Origin: a virus
Taxonomy: Duplodnaviria; Caudoviricetes
Direction: 5' to 3' (one strand)
DNA: 47,425 nucleotides
Virus record (IMG/VR): IMGVR_UViG_3300043411_000433
Coordinates: 1-47,425 of that record
Shown here: positions 19,289 to 28,265 of the stretch, one piece after another
How positions within the stretch are numbered: position 1 is the stretch's first letter
Layout: each line of letters opens with the position of its first letter
Notes under the pieces: model-generated
Told to the model about the DNA's origin: nothing
The model's input: the letters and a program-made list of their open reading frames with translations, nothing else
The model's database searches: none
Position numbers and translations under genes: made by a program

Positions 19289-19479
19289 TAGATTTTCCTT
19301 CCGGTGGGCGCGGGTGCAGGCGCACGGGCGTTGAGGCAATCAAGATAACCGTTCATGAAACTAGCCTGCTGAACGATCAGGTCCTGTTCATCCGCCGGAA
19401 GCTTGGTGAATTCTTCGCTCTGGGTGTACTTAATCAAATCGTCCAGCTTGCTCTGTAGATCACTCTGCTCGCTCATCAC
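19288..19479 (-). CDS. Small helical protein, crAss001_48-related-like
   Basis: GGAGG SD; EQSDLQSKLDDLIKY..EEFTKL..EQDLIVQQASFMNGYLDCL.R pattern recognised from memory. Confidence 0.55.
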   Translation of the reverse strand: MMSEQSDLQSKLDDLIKYTQSEEFTKLPADEQDLIVQQASFMNGYLDCLNARAPAPAPTGRKI

Positions 19480-19652
19480 TTACCTCCATACTTTCCCTGA
19501 GAACCTGACTTGTGGGTGGTTGGCGAAGCCATTGGGGCTTTGTAGCCACGACCTTCGTACATTGAGATTTGCTTAGTGCGGACCTGATGCACACCAAGCT
19601 CAGACACCGCGGCGGGGTTTACCGCCATGGATTTAGGTTCTACCTTTTTCAT
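19476..19652 (-). CDS. Basic microprotein, 58 aa (absent from the ORF track)
   Basis: Hand translation MKKVEPKSMAVNPAAVSELG...THKSGSQGKYGGK*; AGGAG SD; overlapping start and stop codons. Confidence 0.6.
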   Translation of the reverse strand: MKKVEPKSMAVNPAAVSELGVHQVRTKQISMYEGRGYKAPMASPTTHKSGSQGKYGGK

Positions 19653-19753
19653 TTCTGCACTCCTATTGCCCGGGTATGGTCCCAGCGATTCGCAGGGTCT
19701 TTAGCAATCTGCGAGAGGTAGACCTCGGACTTGTGATATTGTTCTTCGGCCAT
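19649..19753 (-). CDS. Microprotein, 34 aa (absent from the ORF track)
   Basis: MAEEQYHKSEVYLSQIAKDPANRWDHTRAIGVQK*; TGATG and ATGA couplings exactly fill the gap; GAGG upstream. Confidence 0.5.
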   Translation of the reverse strand: MAEEQYHKSEVYLSQIAKDPANRWDHTRAIGVQK

Positions 19754-21831
19754 CAGAAGAACCTCAAAACGAGAGCCACATCGATCGCCGCAGTCGCGCC
19801 CTGCGCCGTCTGGACGTTCAGATAAAGCGTCGTCGCGGTGAACGATTGCGTGGCACCAACAGCAAGCGTCATCGAGCCGGCATTCCCGGCCGTGGCGTCG
19901 GCCTGAGACGTGATGATCGTATTCAACGCCTGCTGGCTGGCGAGGGTCACGCCCGTTCGGCCAGCGCCCGTGTAGGCGCCGAGAGTCCCTGTCCCGTTCG
20001 GGAGGTTGCCGGTCGAATTCGATATGCGGATTGCGAACACGGTGTATCGTGTCGCTCCGACCGGCATGGTTATCGGAACCGAAGTATCGCCCGTCGCATT
20101 GAGATCCAGGTTCAAGACGCGATATGCGCCTTCCGAAAGATTGGCGTGCAAACCGATGCTGCTGCCGTAGCCAAGGAGCCCGCCGCTGGCGTTCGTTGCA
20201 TTGCCGAGCGCCGTCGCGACGCCGGTCCCCAAGCCGGTAATCGAGCCGACCGCCGGCGTGACCGTGGCCTCGGATGCGGCGGTGACCAGCCCCTTGGCGT
20301 TGACGGTCACTTGCGAGGCCTTGGTGGCGGACCCGTAGGTTCCGACATTGCTATTCACCGTCGCCAGCGTCATGGCGAGCGAGCCGGCGGCATTAGTCAC
20401 GTCGCCGGTGTGCGCAGGCTCCTGCGCGGCTTGTAGAGTGCCGCTGAGATCGGTTGTCGGGACGGTCGCGGCTGCGGTAGCCGCGCTCGCGCCATTGCCC
20501 TTCACGTAGCCCGTGAGGCTTCTGAATGTCGGCGTGGTGGCGAAGGCGTTGCCGATCTGGATTTGCGTGCCGGTTCCGCCGTCGGAAATATCGCTGATCG
20601 TTCCGACCGGAGTAATGCCGCCGCGAATGATGTTGCCTGTAGCCCCGCCATTGATGACATAGGAATAGGACTGAGAGGTTCCGACGATCGTGTTGTTGTC
20701 GAACGTGTTGTACGATGCCGAAGGCATCAACTCTATGCACGGGCTCGATACCGCCGCCGCATTGCACGATACGATCACGTTGTCCGAAAGGACATTGTTG
20801 GTGGAGACGCCGCCATTTTCCGACGTCACGACCAGGCCGAGCCGCCCGATGTTTTCCATCGTGTTGCCGACGACAGTGTTGTTGCTCGCGTCCGACAGGT
20901 AAATGCCGTGGTAGCCGGAAATCCCGGATACGGAATTGCCGATGACCGACACCTTCTTGACCAGGCCGTAGGTCGCGCCGCCGCCCGTGACCGTGTTCCA
21001 GCCGCCCTGCAGCCAGATTCCGGCACCGGGAAAATTCTTGACGACGTTGTTTGCGATAATACCGCGCTGCGACGTTGCGGCGGTCAGGTCTGTGTTGAAT
21101 CCCGAGACCAAAATTCCATAGTTGTTAAGGTTCAGGCCGTCGCAGATGTTGCCCGAAATTTCAAAATCGGTAGAGCCTCCCCATTGGTCGATGCAGGCGT
21201 TGATCGTCCCATAAATCTTGTTGTTGCGGACGAAGTATTCCTCCGATGCGACGAAGGCCGTGCCGTCGTCAAGCAGCTTTCCAGACGCCGATGTGATCGT
21301 GAGATTGTAGACGCCTGCGCGTGTAACCTTGTTGAAACCCAGCGCATGGATATGCGCGCCCGTCGTCGGTCCGCTCGTGTTGTCGATCGCGAAGTCATGG
21401 ATGTAGATGTCGACATTGCCGGCCGCGTAGTTGTTGTTCGTAAAGACGTGGCGCAATGTCCCGAATGACGTCGATGTATCAGTTGCATATGTTGAATTTA
21501 TTTTGATAACGGAACAAGCACCGAAGCCTTCAATCTCAGTCGTTGAAGGCACAAATACTGGGCCGGTAAATAGATAGGTACCGCAAGGAATAACAACCTT
21601 TTTATTTGCTGAAATCGCATTTTGAAACGCGGTCGTGGATGAAGTAAATCCTGTTGGATCAGCGCCGTAAGAAATAACCGACGCGGGATTACTAGAACTA
21701 GCTCTAGCAACGAATTGAGTACTAGCACAAGCATTAGTACTATCGCTAGCTGGCCTTGTTGGGCAAGTTATATTCTGGGCTTGTGCGGGAGATATCAGAA
21801 GCCCTGCAAGGATCGTGATGATGTTAAACAT
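19753..21831 (-). CDS. Tailspike-like right-handed beta-helix (pectate_lyase_3-like) protein with N-terminal signal peptide
   Basis: MFNIITILAGLLISPAQA|Q; SVISYGADPTG..STTAFQNAI..VVIPCGTY; many IxxN beta-helix repeats; fibre-like QVTVNAKGLVTAAS. Confidence 0.75.
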   Translation of the reverse strand: MFNIITILAGLLISPAQAQNITCPTRPASDSTNACASTQFVARASSSNPASVISYGADPTGFTSSTTAFQNAISANKKVVIPCGTYLFTGPVFVPSTTEIEGFGACSVIKINSTYATDTSTSFGTLRHVFTNNNYAAGNVDIYIHDFAIDNTSGPTTGAHIHALGFNKVTRAGVYNLTITSASGKLLDDGTAFVASEEYFVRNNKIYGTINACIDQWGGSTDFEISGNICDGLNLNNYGILVSGFNTDLTAATSQRGIIANNVVKNFPGAGIWLQGGWNTVTGGGATYGLVKKVSVIGNSVSGISGYHGIYLSDASNNTVVGNTMENIGRLGLVVTSENGGVSTNNVLSDNVIVSCNAAAVSSPCIELMPSASYNTFDNNTIVGTSQSYSYVINGGATGNIIRGGITPVGTISDISDGGTGTQIQIGNAFATTPTFRSLTGYVKGNGASAATAAATVPTTDLSGTLQAAQEPAHTGDVTNAAGSLAMTLATVNSNVGTYGSATKASQVTVNAKGLVTAASEATVTPAVGSITGLGTGVATALGNATNASGGLLGYGSSIGLHANLSEGAYRVLNLDLNATGDTSVPITMPVGATRYTVFAIRISNSTGNLPNGTGTLGAYTGAGRTGVTLASQQALNTIITSQADATAGNAGSMTLAVGATQSFTATTLYLNVQTAQGATAAIDVALVLRFF

Positions 21832-22192
21832 TTGTGTCGATCACCGTGAGAGGATTGGTCGTGCCCGCGCCGGTTACTGCGAAGGCTTGATAGGCGCCTT
21901 GGCATTCGCCATCAATGGTGTACTGACCCCCATTACCGTATACACGAATGCATCCGCCGAGGGCGGAATTCGACGGGGTCAGCGTGACATTGGAACCAGT
22001 GTTTTGCACATTCGCCGGAGCAATGAAGATATCACTAGCTCCGGGATTATGAAACGTCAGCTTTCGCCGAGACGAATTGGCAGCAGCAACTACCGTCAAT
22101 CCGCTCTCGGTGATGTTGTTGTAAGCATAAATCTTGCCTCCACTGGCCCCGGATACTACACCAGAGCCTCCGGGTACAGTGACGACAGTCAT
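21824..22192 (-). CDS. Small beta-rich virion-associated protein, 122 aa
   Basis: GGAG SD; AANSSRRKLTFHNPG motif; lies in the structural operon. Confidence 0.65.
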   Translation of the reverse strand: MTVVTVPGGSGVVSGASGGKIYAYNNITESGLTVVAAANSSRRKLTFHNPGASDIFIAPANVQNTGSNVTLTPSNSALGGCIRVYGNGGQYTIDGECQGAYQAFAVTGAGTTNPLTVIDTNV

Positions 22193-22686
22193 TAGACTCT
22201 CCGCTCGTTGATGATTTTGGTGTTCTGGTCAACCAGCTTGCCGATGGCTTGGGTCAGATCGGACAGGCCGGGGACTTCAACCGGGCGAGTCTGAGCTTCG
22301 GCGAGTTCAACTTGGAACTTGTCGACGAGGGACTGGGAATAATCGCCCATGTCGGTCTCGGGCTTGTAAGACCAGAGCTTCTCGAAACCGGCCGAGATAA
22401 CCTTGGCTTCGTCATCGACTGGAACCATGTCAGGCGTAGGATCGCCGAGGAAAACGATGTCCCCGGTTTCGCCCTTGCCTTCATGGCAGACAATCACTTC
22501 GCCGTCCTCGTTGTCCTTGTTGCCCCAACGCTTGGTCCAAGCAGACGGGTCACGCGGATCGAGATACCGAGGGACAGCAAACTTGATACGCTTCGGTCGC
22601 CCGGTCGTGCGATCGTTCTCGGTGTATTCCCATTCTTCGCCGGGAGAGTTAAGGTAGTGCGGAGTCATCAGTTTCCAGCGAGCCAT
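22192..22686 (-). CDS. Hypothetical protein of the head-tail region, ending ERRV
   Basis: GGAG SD before ATG 22686 (MARWKL); coupled to the next gene. Confidence 0.7.
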   Translation of the reverse strand: MARWKLMTPHYLNSPGEEWEYTENDRTTGRPKRIKFAVPRYLDPRDPSAWTKRWGNKDNEDGEVIVCHEGKGETGDIVFLGDPTPDMVPVDDEAKVISAGFEKLWSYKPETDMGDYSQSLVDKFQVELAEAQTRPVEVPGLSDLTQAIGKLVDQNTKIINERRV

Positions 22687-22688
22687 GT

Positions 22689-23321
22689 TCAGTACTCCGT
22701 CCATTCCATAGTGATTGCCAGAACACCGGAGCTAACGCTGACGTCGTTGAGGTTCACGCACAGTTGCTGGGTGGAGCCTTTGACGATGTCGAGGCCCTTG
22801 TTGAACACATCAACACCACCTGAGCCATAGACACGCTCGACATCAACCCGACCACCTGCTGCCGTGGTGACTGGAAGATCAACCAACAACGCGCCCATCA
22901 GTGAAGGTGAAGCATCCGTGACTGTTGGATTTGCGGTGTAGGATACCAGCGTTGCAGTGGAAGCACCATCCGCGGAGTTATGCGGAACGCCGACAGGAAG
23001 CGCCAAGCTGGTTGCCGGGGTACCGCCTGTGTCGAGGGTTGCCCGGCGGTAGAGCAGCGCAGGGGTTGTGATCGCAGTACCTGCCGTGCCACCGATAACG
23101 ACTCGACGAACTGCGATGTTCTTGGACGCACCAGCCGAGATGCAGAAGATATCCGTAGCCGAGGCTGCAGGAACAAGACCAACCGCCGTGGCGGTATAGG
23201 TCGGGCGACGAAGGATTTCAGAAATCATCCCGACCTGAGGGACAACGTTGACCGCCTGAGCGAAGGCTGCGCCTGTGAAGGCGAGCCCCGCTACGGTCGA
23301 GAGGAGAGACTTCTTGAACAT
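22689..23321 (-). CDS. Signal-peptide-bearing beta-rich protein, putative capsid decoration
   Basis: MFKKSLLSTVAGLAFTGAAFA|Q; directly downstream of the capsid cement gene; Thr/Ala/Gly-rich. Confidence 0.7.
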   Translation of the reverse strand: MFKKSLLSTVAGLAFTGAAFAQAVNVVPQVGMISEILRRPTYTATAVGLVPAASATDIFCISAGASKNIAVRRVVIGGTAGTAITTPALLYRRATLDTGGTPATSLALPVGVPHNSADGASTATLVSYTANPTVTDASPSLMGALLVDLPVTTAAGGRVDVERVYGSGGVDVFNKGLDIVKGSTQQLCVNLNDVSVSSGVLAITMEWTEY

Positions 23322-23335
23322 AGCGGGGTTCCTTG

Positions 23336-23890
23336 TTAGTTAGCGATGTTGATGCCAGCCGGGTAGCCCGAGTAGGCGCCGGTCGTACCCATGATCTGAT
23401 CATCGCGGTCGAGGACAATCTGAGCTTCGATTGCACCGGCGGAATGGGTACCGATGGAAATGAAGTTCAGCTTGAGATAACGCGGGATCGCTTGGCCAAA
23501 CACAACGCGAGGAACGTCGATATTGGCAAGCTGGGCACCGGCCACCAGCGAGGCTTCGGCAATAGCGGCCGAGGTCCACATGGTGGTATAGGAACCCGGT
23601 GCGCCCGAGCCGTTGTCAGGAGCGCCCTGCAACTGGAGTTGGAGCGAAGTGCCGCCGGTAATAGCCGTGGTCACCAGCGCCGACAGCTTCATTGCCGGAT
23701 CGTCACCAACACCGATGTCACGAGCGCCACCGCCGTTAGCCGAAGTCGGCAAACCCGAAAGCCCAAGATCGATGATGTTGGATGCAGCCTGCGTACCGGT
23801 CGTGGGAAGATCGGTCTGCGCGCCTGCCGTGATGCCACCGGTTGCGCCGTTTGACGTTCCGGTGAAAGTGAGGAGGTTGTCGAGAATCAT
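23336..23890 (-). CDS. Capsid cement/decoration protein (Bbp16-like)
   Basis: MILDNLLTF, ASNIIDLG, RDIGVG and PRYLKLNF motifs; follows the major capsid gene. Confidence 0.8.
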   Translation of the reverse strand: MILDNLLTFTGTSNGATGGITAGAQTDLPTTGTQAASNIIDLGLSGLPTSANGGGARDIGVGDDPAMKLSALVTTAITGGTSLQLQLQGAPDNGSGAPGSYTTMWTSAAIAEASLVAGAQLANIDVPRVVFGQAIPRYLKLNFISIGTHSAGAIEAQIVLDRDDQIMGTTGAYSGYPAGINIAN

Positions 23891-23902
23891 CTGGGTTGCT
23901 CC

Positions 23903-24946
23903 TTACGCGACCTGCGCTTCGTTGTTGAGGATCGCATCGCACGTGCGGATCGGGATGCCGCGGAAGGTGGTGACGACCTTGCCGTCGAACTCTTCGAGGC
24001 GGAGCAAGACGTTGGTCTTGTTCATGGCTTGGAGGTCGAGGTAAGTGCGGACCACGCGGTTGGCGTACATCACAACCCGGCCCATGTTTGCGCGAACTTC
24101 CGGAGTGTCGGAGGTCTGAATCGCCGATGCCGTGGACGGAGCCGTAGGCAGGCGATAGAGTGCGCGAACGAGAAGGTTGATCAGGTTTGCCGCCGAGACA
24201 CCAGTTAGCTGGGTCACGTCGATGTTTGCCACGCGGGCAACATAGCGCCAGTCGCGGAGAACAAGGCCGATTTCCCATTTGAAGTGATCGCGGTAGGCTT
24301 GGTAGGTGTTGCCAGCGGAATCCTGAACCGGCCACTCGCCCATGTCACGATGCTGGAGCCCGGTGATCTTGCCCTTCGGGAAGGTACCGTGGAGAGTGTC
24401 GTTGCCCCAAGTCGTAATCCAGATCGAAGTGTTGGTGTTGGACGTACCGCCGCCGTCGAGCACGTTGTTCGCAGTCTGCGAGTTCGCCGTGTTCTTGGTG
24501 GAGTAGCGAGGAGCGAAGCCGGTGAAACGTTCCGGGTTCGTGTGCTGGTTGCCGTAGATCAGCGTTGCAGCGACCTGCTGGGACATACCTTCGAGGAAGG
24601 CCTTGACTTCGGACAGGCGGAACTCAGCGGTGTTGCCGTTGAGGTCGGCGATGTCCTTGTCGATAACCGCGTAGGTCTCGAGGTTGCCGCAGGTGTCAAC
24701 GATCTGAGCAGTCGTGGACTTAGCGTTCGGGACACCAGCGTTCAACAGACGCCAAGTTGCCTGAGGCAGACCGGTGCGGATGGTGGTCTTATGCCCGGTC
24801 GGCAGGTTGCCTTCCATGACGAGCATGTCGTCAAGGATTTCGTTGGTCTGGGAGAGAAGTTCGATGATAGCCGCGACGCGGTAACCATCATCCATGCGCT
24901 TGGCCCAGTCAGCGTAGGTAAGGGCCGTTGATCCAATAGTTGCCAT
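23903..24946 (-). CDS. Major capsid protein (BPP-1 Bbp17 / epsilon15 gp7 type)
   Basis: IIELLSQTNEILDDM..EGNLPTGH, GLVLRDWRYVARVANID, FRGIPIRTCDAI. Confidence 0.93.
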   Translation of the reverse strand: MATIGSTALTYADWAKRMDDGYRVAAIIELLSQTNEILDDMLVMEGNLPTGHKTTIRTGLPQATWRLLNAGVPNAKSTTAQIVDTCGNLETYAVIDKDIADLNGNTAEFRLSEVKAFLEGMSQQVAATLIYGNQHTNPERFTGFAPRYSTKNTANSQTANNVLDGGGTSNTNTSIWITTWGNDTLHGTFPKGKITGLQHRDMGEWPVQDSAGNTYQAYRDHFKWEIGLVLRDWRYVARVANIDVTQLTGVSAANLINLLVRALYRLPTAPSTASAIQTSDTPEVRANMGRVVMYANRVVRTYLDLQAMNKTNVLLRLEEFDGKVVTTFRGIPIRTCDAILNNEAQVA

Positions 24947-25020
24947 TTTGAAGTTCCTGAGTTAGGTTGGGTGACAGCTTTCTGGTCTGGCCCTTGGCGT
25001 TCGTCCTCTATGAGGCCCAG

Positions 25021-25716
25021 TTACTGACTAGGGAGGTTGGGGTACATGGCACCAGCTAGACTGGGCCGCTTCGAGACACCTTCGCGGGACTGGCCATTTG
25101 GCGAGGGTCCCCCTCCAGCGACATGCGAACCTTCGTTCACAAGTTTCGAGATTTCGTATAGAGCCTTGACCACAGCGGGGTGATCGCCTGCTCCGGTGAA
25201 GTTGACAGCTTCGTTAAAGGCATCGCGGACCGCGGGAGGAAGCTGCTGTTTGAGTTTGCCGATTTCAACCGCGACATGATCGAGCTTGCCGCCGATTTCT
25301 TTGTCAGCTTTGAGCTCGGATACCCAACTTTCGCGCATGGCGTTGTAGGCATCGTTGTTGGCTTTGATGACGTTCTCGGTCAGGGTCGGGTATAGGTCTA
25401 CCAGTTTCTGGGCCTGATCTTGGGTGAGGCCAAGTTCTTTGAAGATGGGGGTGGCACGCTCGATTGCGGACTTGTCGAGAGTTGCGCCTTCTGGGGCAGA
25501 AAAATCGGTGTAGGATTCTGGGGCTCCAGCGGGGGCTGGGTTGGGTTCGGTGGGAGCATCGGCATCGGGTTTGGCCTCAACGGGTACAGGCGGATTGCCT
25601 TGGTCGATTATCTCACCGGACGGTGTACGTGCTTCCGCTGAGTTCATCGAAGTCTGGTTCGTCTGCTGGGTCGATGTCTCCACCGGCGTCGGTGTCGGAT
25701 TCGGTACGTCGTTCAT
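25021..25716 (-). CDS. Capsid scaffolding protein
   Basis: Pro/acidic N-terminus, APESYTDF, FKELGLTQDQAQKLVD, GDHPAVVK, MYPNL C-terminus; upstream of MCP. Confidence 0.8.
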   Translation of the reverse strand: MNDVPNPTPTPVETSTQQTNQTSMNSAEARTPSGEIIDQGNPPVPVEAKPDADAPTEPNPAPAGAPESYTDFSAPEGATLDKSAIERATPIFKELGLTQDQAQKLVDLYPTLTENVIKANNDAYNAMRESWVSELKADKEIGGKLDHVAVEIGKLKQQLPPAVRDAFNEAVNFTGAGDHPAVVKALYEISKLVNEGSHVAGGGPSPNGQSREGVSKRPSLAGAMYPNLPSQ

Positions 25717-26017
25717 TTAAAATCTCCTGTTCATTGGCTTCTTGCATCATGGTTACGAATAGGTCTGGGCAGTTGCCGACAAGATCGCGATAGACGCTCA
25801 AGCCGGTGTTGCGTTCGCCCTTGGAGTAGGCTTCGACTAGTGCATCTCCGGTAAACGGGTCGGCGAATATGTGGCAGGCCGCAAGGAAATCGTGAAACCA
25901 AATTCGGCCTTGTTTTGTGGACATGGCCCCGACAATGAAATCGATACGCTGGGTCTCGCGAATCTTTGCGGCTTTCTCTTGTCTCCGTATGTCTTTGCGT
26001 TCGCTGGCATTGCGCAT
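25613..26017 (-). CDS. Bbp19-like head assembly protein
   Basis: MSTKQGRIWF..L..C, AYSKGERNTGL motif; between portal and scaffold; acidic tail overlaps the scaffold gene by 104 nt. Confidence 0.7.
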   Translation of the reverse strand: MRNASERKDIRRQEKAAKIRETQRIDFIVGAMSTKQGRIWFHDFLAACHIFADPFTGDALVEAYSKGERNTGLSVYRDLVGNCPDLFVTMMQEANEQEILNERRTESDTDAGGDIDPADEPDFDELSGSTYTVR

Positions 26018-26190
26018 TAGTGGACCGTGTGGATTTCGTAGTCAGAGGCATCAACAGCGGCGAACCCATTGGCGACGCGGACGACTAAGGATTCGGCTTC
26101 GGTCGGGGTAGTGACTTCAAATCCGAGGCCGTTGAACATGTTAGTGATGTCGCAAACACCACCTTCGACGTTTTCTACAATGTATCTCAT
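26017..26190 (-). CDS. Hypothetical protein, 57 aa (absent from the ORF track)
   Basis: MRYIVENVEGGVCDITNMFNGLG...YEIHTVH*; coupled to the portal stop (ATGA) and the next start (TAATG). Confidence 0.6.
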   Translation of the reverse strand: MRYIVENVEGGVCDITNMFNGLGFEVTTPTEAESLVVRVANGFAAVDASDYEIHTVH

Positions 26191-27911
26191 TGCTGCTGCG
26201 CCCCTAACATCGCGGTGAGAGCATTGTTGCCGCCTGTGTCGGCCTGAGACATTGTCTTGGCACCGCGGGCGATCTGCTCGGCAATCTGGGCCTGCTGAGC
26301 CGCACGTTCTTGCTGGGCCCGATCTGCGCGGATTTTCATGACATCGTCATCAGTTCTCATCATCTTAGGATCATTGTTCAAGAGACTTGAGTATTTGTCA
26401 AGAGCGTAATCTATGTCGATCTTATCCATGGCGTCGGGTTTAACACCGACGATGTTGCCCGCGATAGAAAGGACTCGTTCGATGGAAGCGGCTTTGGTGG
26501 CTTGCTGGGCTTGGGCAAGCATCGAGACGAAATCGATCGTCATCATTTGATTTTGGATTTCGGGTGGTGCGGGCGGTATGATGCCTGCGCGGAGTGCGAT
26601 GGCGAATACTCGTTCAAGAACAGGGCGAAGTACTTCGTTGTCGATTCGCTCAAGCACAGGCCCAAGCATGACGAGGGATTCAGACTTACGAAGGTCCCAT
26701 TCAACTGCAGTGACGTTTGATCGGGTTTCGTATTGGGAAGCAACTTTGAGAATGTCATTGAAGAATATCTCCGAGAGTCGGCCCTTGGCTTCGGTCAGGT
26801 CCTCGGTGATTTCTTGCACCGGGAACTTGGTATCGTAGACTGAGGAGAACCCGGGCTTACCTGAGGCGGTGTAGCCAGAGACGAATGTCATGCCGCCGGG
26901 GGTTAGGTTGGCGGGCTGGTTCTTGAGTTGCATATCCGCAACCAGCGGCGGGTTGACCATTTTGTCGATGGCCTGTGCCTTGCGCCGGGTCTCGAGTTGG
27001 ATTTGTTTTTGATCGGGCAGACCGTCCATGCCGGGCGAGCGGCCATAGGCGTCGTTGGAAACTACATCCCAGCGGCCGATGATAGCGGGCTGTTCGAAAT
27101 AGCCTTTGCGGCGCAGGAGGCCGCGGGCTTCACCAGAGCCTTGGGGAGAGTTGGAACCGCCCCATTCCCAGTAAATTTCGCGGTATTTGACCTTGTCAGA
27201 GAATCCGAATTCCTTGCCGCGACCATCGTTGTTGGGCTCGATGGAATGGGCAATGATAAGTTCGCGGGTTAGGTTTGCGCCGTTGGGGTCGTCAAACAGG
27301 GCACGGACTGATTCGGAGCAATTGTCATAGCCGAACTCAGCAACGCAGCCGGAGACAGTCAAGGTGAACTCACGATAGAAGATCGTCGGGCGGTACTTGC
27401 CATCGATGTCGACGTAGTATTCACCGGCGCAGGGATTAATGCAGTTGATAACGTTTTCGAAATCTTCGTAGATCAGAAGCGCGCCGGTGCCGAATATGAC
27501 GAGGTCATAATAGAACACCGCGATGGAGTTGTAGAAGTTGGATTCGGAAAAGATCAGGTTCATGATCCGCTCGACTTCGGAAAGCCAAAGCGAAGCGGGC
27601 GTGGTTTTGGATGAATCGAGATAGCCGATTCGCATCCGGAACCAAGTACTGGTTGGGGAGGATTTGCCGGAGACGAGGCCCGAGGCTAGGTTGCGGGCAT
27701 AGACGCAGCCAGAGGAATCGAGAATGTGCTGGTTGATTGGCGAGCCCCGGCCCATTTGGTTTGGAGTCACCAGCCACTTATATCGACGCGGAAGGAAATA
27801 GTCCGCGAGTTCGCGCCAGTGTACCCACCACGAATAGCGATTGACCCGGAGGCCCATAAGCCGACCTTCGGCGTACTTGCGAATGCAGGTGTCGGCTTCG
27901 GTGGGTTTCAC
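26187..27911 (-). CDS. Portal protein (head-to-tail connector, T7 gp8 / Bbp21 family)
   Basis: WRELADYFLP, SNFYNSI, FGTGAL, YGRSPGMDGLPD, TAVEW, MLGPVLER; GTG start. Confidence 0.92.
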   Translation of the reverse strand: MKPTEADTCIRKYAEGRLMGLRVNRYSWWVHWRELADYFLPRRYKWLVTPNQMGRGSPINQHILDSSGCVYARNLASGLVSGKSSPTSTWFRMRIGYLDSSKTTPASLWLSEVERIMNLIFSESNFYNSIAVFYYDLVIFGTGALLIYEDFENVINCINPCAGEYYVDIDGKYRPTIFYREFTLTVSGCVAEFGYDNCSESVRALFDDPNGANLTRELIIAHSIEPNNDGRGKEFGFSDKVKYREIYWEWGGSNSPQGSGEARGLLRRKGYFEQPAIIGRWDVVSNDAYGRSPGMDGLPDQKQIQLETRRKAQAIDKMVNPPLVADMQLKNQPANLTPGGMTFVSGYTASGKPGFSSVYDTKFPVQEITEDLTEAKGRLSEIFFNDILKVASQYETRSNVTAVEWDLRKSESLVMLGPVLERIDNEVLRPVLERVFAIALRAGIIPPAPPEIQNQMMTIDFVSMLAQAQQATKAASIERVLSIAGNIVGVKPDAMDKIDIDYALDKYSSLLNNDPKMMRTDDDVMKIRADRAQQERAAQQAQIAEQIARGAKTMSQADTGGNNALTAMLGAQQQ

Positions 27912-28039
27912 TTGGCGGGTTCCTTAGGCTCTGGCGGCTTGCGTTCGTGTTTCATCATAGCCGCAGCCATGTCGATGAATTGTTCATCGGGTTGGGGCAT
28001 GGGTGCTGGGCCAGTGGGGCTGAATGGAACAACCGGCAT
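27908..28039 (-). CDS. Pro-rich microprotein, 43 aa (absent from the ORF track)
   Basis: MPVVPFSPTGPAPMPQPDEQFIDMAAAMMKHE...*; stop overlaps the portal GTG. Confidence 0.5.
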   Translation of the reverse strand: MPVVPFSPTGPAPMPQPDEQFIDMAAAMMKHERKPPEPKEPAK

Positions 28040-28040
28040 G

Positions 28041-28256
28041 TTACTGACCTAGCAGGGTTGCCTTGCCAGTTGCGCCTGCACCGGGCGAAGGTGCAGCAGC
28101 GGCAAGGAAGCTCGGGGAGTCGATGGCTTTGTTGGTTGACGCGGTGCCGATTGGCTGCTGTTGTGGGGCAGGTGTAGCAGGCGGGGCCTGTGGCGTGGGG
28201 GTCGAGCCTCCGCCGCCGAAGAGAAACTTACCAATGCCTTTGAATGCGGAAGCCAT
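28041..28256 (-). CDS. Small pre-portal virion protein, 71 aa
   Basis: AGGAG SD; Pro/Ala-rich; ends GKATLLGQ, as is typical of pre-portal podovirus genes. Confidence 0.7.
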   Translation of the reverse strand: MASAFKGIGKFLFGGGGSTPTPQAPPATPAPQQQPIGTASTNKAIDSPSFLAAAAPSPGAGATGKATLLGQ

Positions 28257-28265
28257 GAGGTTCTC

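Noticed and set aside
15948-24931. Long plus-strand ORFs such as 15948-16721, 20563-21468 and 24284-24931
   Set aside because: Antisense to clear structural genes, with Arg-rich non-protein-like composition and no recognisable motifs.
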